Part shown: piece after piece, positions 37,285-42,949 of the stretch
Layout: each line of letters starts with the position of its first letter
Position numbering within the stretch: the stretch's first letter is position 1
Position numbers and translations under genes: made by a program
Sequence record: OM864357.1
Reading direction: 5' to 3' (one strand)
Length of the DNA stretch: 42,949 nucleotides
From: Escherichia phage ZH5
The notes under the pieces: model-generated
The model's database searches: none
Seen by the model: the letters and a program-made list of their open reading frames with translations, nothing else
Told to the model about the DNA's origin: nothing

Positions 37285-39140
37285 TGGTATCGGTGAAGAC
37301 TGCGCGAAGACTGCGCATGCTCAACCAGAAACTTACTGGTTATAGTGTGAATCCGCGCAGTATTCCCAAAGAGGAGCGCGAGGATATCGCCATGATGATG
37401 GCGGCTACCCTCAGTAATTTCAGGGAATTCGCATACATCGGTATGCGTTTCCTAGGCTTTACGCTCACGGATATGCAAGCTGACATTGCAGAGTATATGC
37501 AGAAGGGCCCTAGGAAGCGCATGGTGGCCGCACAGCGTGGTGAGGCTAAATCTACACTGGCCGCGCTGTATGCTGTCTGGAGGCTCATCCAGGACCAATC
37601 CTGTCGTATACTGATTGTGTCTGGGGCGGAGAAGCAGGCGTCCGACGTTGCGAACTTAATCATTCGTATGCTGGAAACCTGGCCTCTGTTGTGCTACTTG
37701 AAGGCTGATCCTACTCGTGGGGATCGTACTTCATTCGAAGGTTATGATGTCAACTGCGACCTTAAACCTCTGGATAAGTCTGCTAGTGTAGCCTGTGTAG
37801 GTATCACTGCATCGCTGCAGGGTAAGCGTGCTGACCTCTTGATTCCAGATGATATTGAGACCACCAAGAACGGTTTGACACAAACCCAGCGTGAGCAGTT
37901 GCTGATGATTTCGAAAGACTTCGCAGCTATCTGTACACATGGGGATACACTGTACCTGGGTACACCGCAGACCAAGGACAGTATTTATAAAACCCTGCCG
38001 GGGCGTGGCTTCGAGGTGCGGGTATGGCCTGGACGCATCCCGTCAGTTGAAATGGAAGAACGATATGGAAGTACACTTGCTCCTTATATACTGCAGCTCA
38101 TTGAGCGGGGTTATAAACGCACCGGGTTCGGAGTAGATGGGACACTAGGTGAGAGCACCGACACCGGTCGTTATGATGAGGATGCGCTGATTGAGAAGGA
38201 GCTGGACTTCGGCCCAGAGGGCTTCCAGCTGCAGTACATGCTCGACACGACCTTGTCTGATCAGATGCGCACCCGTATTAAGCTGTCGGATATGCTTGTG
38301 TATTCCGGTAGCCTAGATTCCTCGCCTGAGACCTTCTCCTACATTGCGGACCGCCGGTACTTGTACCAGCACGAGCATGAGGGGATTATGGGTCAGCAGA
38401 TGTACTTCCCAGCATTCTATGGGGATATGCATCTACCGTATCAGCATAAGGTGCTAGTAGTGGATCCAGCAGGTTGTGGTGGGGATGAAGTGTCCTATGC
38501 TGCTGGTGGGGCTGCAAACTCATATATTCACTTGTTCTCCGTTGGGGGTTTCCAAGGAGGCGTAAGCACTGAGAATATCGATAAGCTCATTGATTTGTGC
38601 GTAGAGTTGGATATCTCTGACATGGTGGTGGAGAGTAACATGGGGCACGGTACTGTGTCTATGTTGATTCTGAACCGCCTGAGGGAGCGTCGCCTTGCCG
38701 GTATCGGTGTACGCGATATCAACAACACCACGCAGAAAGAGCGTCGTATTATTGACACAATCAGTCCTGTAACTCGACGACACCGCTTAGTGGTACATGA
38801 GCGTGCTATTCAAGATGATATTGGGACTTGTATGCTCTACTCCCGAGACCGTCGATGGCTGTACTCTGCGTTTGCACAGCTCGCAGGTATTACGTATGAT
38901 CGGGGAAGTCTAGCGAAGGATGACCGAGCAGACGCCATTGCTATGATGGTGGCAGTGCTGAACGGGCACCTGGTAGAAGATGAGAAAGTAGTAGCTGAGC
39001 GTGAGTCCGAGAAGATGGCCCTGGCCTTCATTGAGAACCCACTGGATTGGGCACAGAGTAAATTGTCTAAGGGACTTCGCGGTGTAGCGGCTCGGTTGCA
39101 GAACCGTGGCAGAGGTAAACAACATAGAGGAAGAAGATAA
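37284..39140 (+). CDS. Terminase large subunit (DNA maturase B)
   Basis: 618 aa; Walker A-like GAEKQAS/LIVSG region and VLVVDPAGCGGDE nuclease-domain motif; T7 gp19-like size and position. Confidence 0.8.
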   Translation: MVSVKTARRLRMLNQKLTGYSVNPRSIPKEEREDIAMMMAATLSNFREFAYIGMRFLGFTLTDMQADIAEYMQKGPRKRMVAAQRGEAKSTLAALYAVWRLIQDQSCRILIVSGAEKQASDVANLIIRMLETWPLLCYLKADPTRGDRTSFEGYDVNCDLKPLDKSASVACVGITASLQGKRADLLIPDDIETTKNGLTQTQREQLLMISKDFAAICTHGDTLYLGTPQTKDSIYKTLPGRGFEVRVWPGRIPSVEMEERYGSTLAPYILQLIERGYKRTGFGVDGTLGESTDTGRYDEDALIEKELDFGPEGFQLQYMLDTTLSDQMRTRIKLSDMLVYSGSLDSSPETFSYIADRRYLYQHEHEGIMGQQMYFPAFYGDMHLPYQHKVLVVDPAGCGGDEVSYAAGGAANSYIHLFSVGGFQGGVSTENIDKLIDLCVELDISDMVVESNMGHGTVSMLILNRLRERRLAGIGVRDINNTTQKERRIIDTISPVTRRHRLVVHERAIQDDIGTCMLYSRDRRWLYSAFAQLAGITYDRGSLAKDDRADAIAMMVAVLNGHLVEDEKVVAERESEKMALAFIENPLDWAQSKLSKGLRGVAARLQNRGRGKQHRGRR

Positions 39141-39514
39141 TGGCATCAATCATCGCGGCTAAAACCGCGGACGTCCAGTACGCTATTGTAGGTAAGAGCC
39201 AGAACCTCGAGAAAGAGGTGGCCCCGGATTATAATGTAGGTTTCGTGGGTACGGCTGCCCTAACTAAGCTGAATGCGTTCTTCACGTACATGCAGTCCCA
39301 GGGCTATACGGCTACCCGTGCCGGTACAGCCTTCAAGGATGATGGTACACTGCAGGCGCGCCTGTTCAGCATGCTGTCGCAGCTCTCTAAGACTGGTTAC
39401 GTTGCACTTACAGGTACTGGTATGCCACTAGGTGAGGGTTCTGGTACAGCGTTTGATACTTCGTTCACCGCACTACAGAGTGCGTTTGTAGCCGCTACTG
39501 ATGCGGAAGAATAA
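39140..39514 (+). CDS. Hypothetical protein (124 aa)
   Basis: ATG overlaps the terminase stop; Gly/Thr/Ala-rich. Confidence 0.55.
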   Translation: MASIIAAKTADVQYAIVGKSQNLEKEVAPDYNVGFVGTAALTKLNAFFTYMQSQGYTATRAGTAFKDDGTLQARLFSMLSQLSKTGYVALTGTGMPLGEGSGTAFDTSFTALQSAFVAATDAEE

Positions 39515-39525
39515 GGAGAGTACAC

Positions 39526-39708
39526 ATGGCAATTGCTAAAGCTACCCCAGCACAGCGTCAGGAGCTGCTGCGTCAGCTGAACATTCTCGGTAAGGACCTC
39601 TATGCAATCCTTACCCAGCCTCAGGATGTAGCCCAGACAGGTGCAGCGTTCGACGCTAAGATTGCTGCGTTAGAAGCTGCTGTTGCAGCTGTGAAGGCGG
39701 CCAGCTAA
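39526..39708 (+). CDS. Hypothetical protein (60 aa, Ala-rich helical)
   Basis: GGAGAG RBS; precedes the lysis cassette. Confidence 0.5.
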   Translation: MAIAKATPAQRQELLRQLNILGKDLYAILTQPQDVAQTGAAFDAKIAALEAAVAAVKAAS

Positions 39709-40112
39709 TGCGTAAACTGGTCGCTGGGTTACTACTCGTGGTTACTCTGACTGGTTGCTCAGCGACCTCTGCACTTACCGGCTTAGTTGGTTCTAAGCCG
39801 GAAGTATCTGCTCAGGTTGGCGCTGAGAATACTAAGCAGATGCTCGGGCTGAATAATAAGGTGGACTCCAGCACCACCAACAAAACCGATGTACAGGATT
39901 CTAACGTAGGTACACTGGATACTTCTAGCAAGAAGCAAGTGCAGACTATTAGTACAGGCACAATCCAGGCAGAGCGCCTACAGGTGGTTAACAACGATAG
40001 TTACAGTCTTATTCTCGCCGGATTAGCCGGGGCCAGTATTCCCTTGGTCTTCCTAGTGACCATTCTGGTGATTCGTAAGCTGTTCAGGAAGAAAGGTCAA
40101 CAGGATGATTAA
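39708..40112 (+). CDS. Candidate unimolecular spanin (N-terminal lipoprotein signal plus C-terminal TM anchor)
   Basis: Lipobox LTGC at residues 15-18 after a hydrophobic signal; Ser/Thr/Gln-rich middle; C-terminal LILAGLAGASIPLVFLVTILVI followed by RKLFRKK. Confidence 0.6.
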   Translation: MRKLVAGLLLVVTLTGCSATSALTGLVGSKPEVSAQVGAENTKQMLGLNNKVDSSTTNKTDVQDSNVGTLDTSSKKQVQTISTGTIQAERLQVVNNDSYSLILAGLAGASIPLVFLVTILVIRKLFRKKGQQDD

Positions 40113-40356
40113 AGTAGGAGACGTAGTTGGGGCAGACCTCGCTACCCGGGCAGGTGCAGCAGTTACTGGCGCTACAGTCTCAGGAGGCTGGTTGGCAGAG
40201 CTAATGAGTTGGAACTGGAGTGTTATCAGCTTCATCACTGCGACGGTATGTGCAGTGCTAACCCTGGCGTGGAATGCGTATTACAAACGGCGTACGTACA
40301 AGCTCCTAGAAGAGCATGCACGTAAGGGGGCTATTAAATATGAGTTTAAGGACTAG
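40105..40356 (+). CDS. Holin, pinholin-like (two TM segments, first Gly/Ala-rich)
   Basis: 83 aa; TM1 ATRAGAAVTGATVSGGWLAEL is weakly hydrophobic, TM2 SVISFITATVCAVLTLAW is strongly hydrophobic; basic C-terminus; adjacent to a SAR endolysin. Confidence 0.6.
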   Translation: MIKVGDVVGADLATRAGAAVTGATVSGGWLAELMSWNWSVISFITATVCAVLTLAWNAYYKRRTYKLLEEHARKGAIKYEFKD

Positions 40357-40939
40357 GGTTATAGCTGCACTCGCCGGGGCTACTATGCTTGGCGGGGCTA
40401 TTACTGAGGTAGTCCAGCACAATGAAGGTTTGAGCCTTACAGCCTACAAAGACAGTGCCGGTATCCCTACGATCTGCTACGGAGAGACAAAGGGTGTCAA
40501 AATGGGTCAGAGAGCCACTCTGAGCGACTGTCAGAAGCAACTAATAGAATCAGCAGGGGAACATGCTAAGGCTCTTGACGGGCTTCCTATGCAGCTCTCT
40601 GACGTGGCTCTGATAGGGTCTGTAGACTTCATCTATAATGTAGGCGTAGCCGGCTTCAATGGCAGCGCCGTGAAACGGCACCTCAAAAACCTTGATTACG
40701 CAGCGGCTGGAAAGGCTGTGCTGGACTGGCGTTACATTAGCAAGTATCAGCAGAAGTCCCCAGGCACCGGTTGGGTGTACAAGGGTGGCAACCGCTGGAT
40801 CTTCGACTGCTCCCAGTATATTAACGGGCAGCGCAATAAGGTGTGCTGGGGCCTATGGGAGCGCCGTGTGTGGGAAGCCAAAGCTATTGGCAATGAATAT
40901 GAGTCTGTGCAGGTAGCTGTTGCTGCTACGCCTAAATGA
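40340..40939 (+). CDS. Endolysin, GH24 lysozyme with N-terminal signal-anchor-release (SAR) domain
   Basis: EGLSLTAYKDSAGIPTICYGET matches the phage lysozyme catalytic motif (E...D...T); N-terminal VIAALAGATMLGGAI is a SAR-like segment; AAGGGGG RBS. Confidence 0.8.
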   Translation: MSLRTRVIAALAGATMLGGAITEVVQHNEGLSLTAYKDSAGIPTICYGETKGVKMGQRATLSDCQKQLIESAGEHAKALDGLPMQLSDVALIGSVDFIYNVGVAGFNGSAVKRHLKNLDYAAAGKAVLDWRYISKYQQKSPGTGWVYKGGNRWIFDCSQYINGQRNKVCWGLWERRVWEAKAIGNEYESVQVAVAATPK

Positions 40940-40948
40940 GGAATAGTA

Positions 40949-42676
40949 ATGAATCTAATTTCGTTAGTAGATGTAAGTTCAAGGCAGGTACAGAACTCCT
41001 TACTTACAGTAAATACAGTTGCCGAGTTGCGTAATATCCAAGCTAAGGCAGGTCAACGCGTTCGTTGGTTAGGATATTTTAACCTCAACGATGGTGGTGG
41101 TAATACAGGATATGTTACCGCAGGTCCACTTACTGCGGATAACGGGAGTGTGTTCCTGCTTAATAATGGAATGTACGTACGTGCAGTGTTTGAGTCTAAA
41201 GTAGACCCGCTTCAGTTCGGCGTCTCAGGAAGTAATACCTCTGCGGACAATAAGATACGGTTTGACCGTATGGTTAGTTATTGTCTCAATACAAAGACCG
41301 CTATTGAATATTCTCGTAGTATGGACTACCAGTGTGACCCGGTGCGCATTAGCGGTGCCTCTGCGGACTTCTTTAGTATTACTGCTCCGCGAGCAAGTGT
41401 AACTCACCGCTGTCCTAGCGCATCAGACCACGCATTTATTCTGCAAGGTGCAGCTCCCGTAGCCCCAGCATCATACGATACGTTCCAGCATTGTACTGTA
41501 TCAGGGCTCAGGATTGTAAGTTCATTCAGCTGCATTTATACCCGCTATACAGAGAACTTGGTCATTGAGAAGTGCTTGTTCAGCGGCGGCTCATTAGGTG
41601 CAGCTACTGGCGTGGGGATAACTATGTCATACAATGGCCCACTGGAAACCGATATTAAGCCGAGAATAAGGAACTGTATATTTTCGTACTGCAAACACGC
41701 GATACTCGGACAAACAGCAGTAGCAGAGACGGACCGAGGCCGCGTAGCGGATGGGGTATTTGAAGACCTTGTGGCATTAAATTGCGGCGGCACTACCGGA
41801 GACTTTGTGTACCACTTACCTTACATGGATGGGGCCATACTGAACAAAGTAGAGGCATACCAGGATTCTTTTAACACTGTGGCCGCTAATGGTATTCTGC
41901 TACAAAAACCTACGTTAGTTAATCTGACAAACTGCAACATGTTTGGATTAGGTGGGTACGGGATACAACTACTCAGTCCTCGTGGTGTCTGCATAGATAG
42001 CACCAACACAATACAAGGGTGTGGTAAACAAGGAAACCGCACGGCACTTGTTGTGTCCAGCCTGTCGTCAAGTATTACCACTCAGAATGTGAAATTAAGC
42101 CCTAGAATTCGTGACTGTTACGGTAGTGCTGTGCAGATGCAAGGTGTCTCTAACATAGACCTTTCAGGTTTAGAGGAGTACGGGAACTGCCGAGGTACCT
42201 CTAGTGCCGCTGGATGGTCCTTCCTGAACTGTCAGGGCGTGCGCCTGCATAATGTACGCGCAGACAGCGCAGGTACTGCCTTTCTGAACGTGGACGGGGG
42301 AAGTGTTGAACTGTTTAATCCCACGTTCCTACAGTACACCTCTCAGATATTACTGGCTAACTCGGCGACTGTCAGGGTACTTCCTGCTGAGCGTATTCTG
42401 CAAGTAAACGCAGCTACCTCTCCTGGCGGTATTGTAGATGAAGTACAGTATGACGCCAGTACAGGCTCAGCTATCGTCACCTTACCCAGCGCCAGTAGCT
42501 TCCCCGGTAAGGTTATTCGTATCATTAAGACTGATTCAACTTCTAATGGCATAGGTATCTTCCCGGCAGCGGGTCAATCTATTAATGGGGCAACCTCCTA
42601 CAGCCTTACTGCACAGTATTCGTTCGTGCAGCTGCGCAGTACAGGGTCTAACTGGTTAGTTATAGGTAAGTCCTGA
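40949..42676 (+). CDS. Tailspike protein, candidate polysaccharide depolymerase; lacks a gp17-like N-terminal anchor
   Basis: 575 aa, last gene before the right terminal repeat; Gly/Ser/Thr/Asn-rich periodic sequence consistent with a beta-helix; no T7 gp17-like N-terminus. Confidence 0.6.
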   Translation: MNLISLVDVSSRQVQNSLLTVNTVAELRNIQAKAGQRVRWLGYFNLNDGGGNTGYVTAGPLTADNGSVFLLNNGMYVRAVFESKVDPLQFGVSGSNTSADNKIRFDRMVSYCLNTKTAIEYSRSMDYQCDPVRISGASADFFSITAPRASVTHRCPSASDHAFILQGAAPVAPASYDTFQHCTVSGLRIVSSFSCIYTRYTENLVIEKCLFSGGSLGAATGVGITMSYNGPLETDIKPRIRNCIFSYCKHAILGQTAVAETDRGRVADGVFEDLVALNCGGTTGDFVYHLPYMDGAILNKVEAYQDSFNTVAANGILLQKPTLVNLTNCNMFGLGGYGIQLLSPRGVCIDSTNTIQGCGKQGNRTALVVSSLSSSITTQNVKLSPRIRDCYGSAVQMQGVSNIDLSGLEEYGNCRGTSSAAGWSFLNCQGVRLHNVRADSAGTAFLNVDGGSVELFNPTFLQYTSQILLANSATVRVLPAERILQVNAATSPGGIVDEVQYDASTGSAIVTLPSASSFPGKVIRIIKTDSTSNGIGIFPAAGQSINGATSYSLTAQYSFVQLRSTGSNWLVIGKS

Positions 42677-42822
42677 TTAAGTCCTAAGTAAGTCCACTGC
42701 AAAGGCTCCTGTCCTGAGCACGTGTAGACAGGCACCTAGAAAATATTAGACTCACGCGAGGCCCTCCCTCACCCTCAACGCGCCCCAGTGCCCCCATAGG
42801 GGGTGCCTAGCGTATAAATGAG

Positions 42823-42949
42823 GGGGGGGGGGGGCCGTCTAGACGTCTAGATGGCTAGTTGGGGGCCAGCTGGGGGCCGTCTAGGGCGCACCAGGAGGGC
42901 CGTAGAGGCTCTCTGCGCGGTCTAATGGCTATCCCTAGTGCTATCCTAT
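42823..42949. repeat. Right copy of direct terminal repeat
   Basis: Identical to 1-127; preceded by one extra G (13-G run at 42822-42834). Confidence 0.85.

Noticed and set aside
1276-42552. All minus-strand ORFs in the six-frame track (for example 3038-3553, 4519-5034, 11345-12010, 23729-24262, 26885-27514, 33674-34216)
   Set aside because: Each is embedded antisense within a well-supported + strand gene whose motifs or module context are strong. T7-like phages are transcribed in one direction, and none has a convincing RBS or recognisable motif.
42677-42822. Inverted repeats (cctgtc...gacagg; ccccc-ata-ggggg) and a TATAAAT box before the right terminal repeat as a terminator or promoter
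   Set aside because: Stems are short and no U-tract follows. They are plausibly packaging or terminal signals, but that cannot be supported from sequence alone.
1-42949. Lysogeny functions (integrase, repressor, attP) or tRNA genes
   Set aside because: No tyrosine or serine recombinase motifs and no cloverleaf-like tRNA candidates were recognised by eye. Absence cannot be proven without tRNAscan or HMM searches, but the genome organisation is that of a strictly lytic phage.

Overview
The window looks like a complete, linear ~42.9 kb genome of a lytic T7-supergroup (Autographiviridae-like) podophage. Bases 1-127 are repeated exactly at 42823-42949 (terminal redundancy), and every credible gene is on the + strand. 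Gene order: (i) ~1.5 kb non-coding left end with short tandem repeat arrays, sigma70-like promoter candidates and a long 5'UTR hairpin; (ii) small early genes of unknown function; (iii) a 568-aa Cys-rich early protein translationally coupled to an MH-clan (M20/M28-like) metallohydrolase; (iv) replication module: TOPRIM primase, DnaB-like helicase, family-A DNA polymerase, metallophosphoesterase, 5'-3' exonuclease, endonuclease VII; (v) a single-subunit T7-type RNA polymerase placed directly upstream of the structural genes, which is the phiKMV/KP34-like arrangement rather than the T7 one; (vi) portal, scaffold, major capsid, tail tube A/B, three internal virion proteins, tail fibre with a T7 gp17-like N-terminal adaptor, terminase small and large subunits; (vii) lysis cassette with a unimolecular-spanin candidate, pinholin-like holin and SAR-type GH24 endolysin; (viii) terminal tailspike, a candidate depolymerase. 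Two HNH/AP2-type homing endonuclease genes sit inside the structural module. No integrase, tRNA, CRISPR array or recognisable DNA ligase was seen by eye. Assignment to a KP34-like group infecting an encapsulated enterobacterium is inference from gene order and moderate GC, not from any database search. The items most worth follow-up are the early 'large protein + metallohydrolase' pair, a GNAT-like acetyltransferase signature inside the largest ejection protein, a conserved intergenic hairpin family with compensatory base changes, and a tail-fibre gene with no canonical start codon behind a perfect Shine-Dalgarno. All functional calls rest on motifs recognised by eye; no similarity search or fold prediction was possible.
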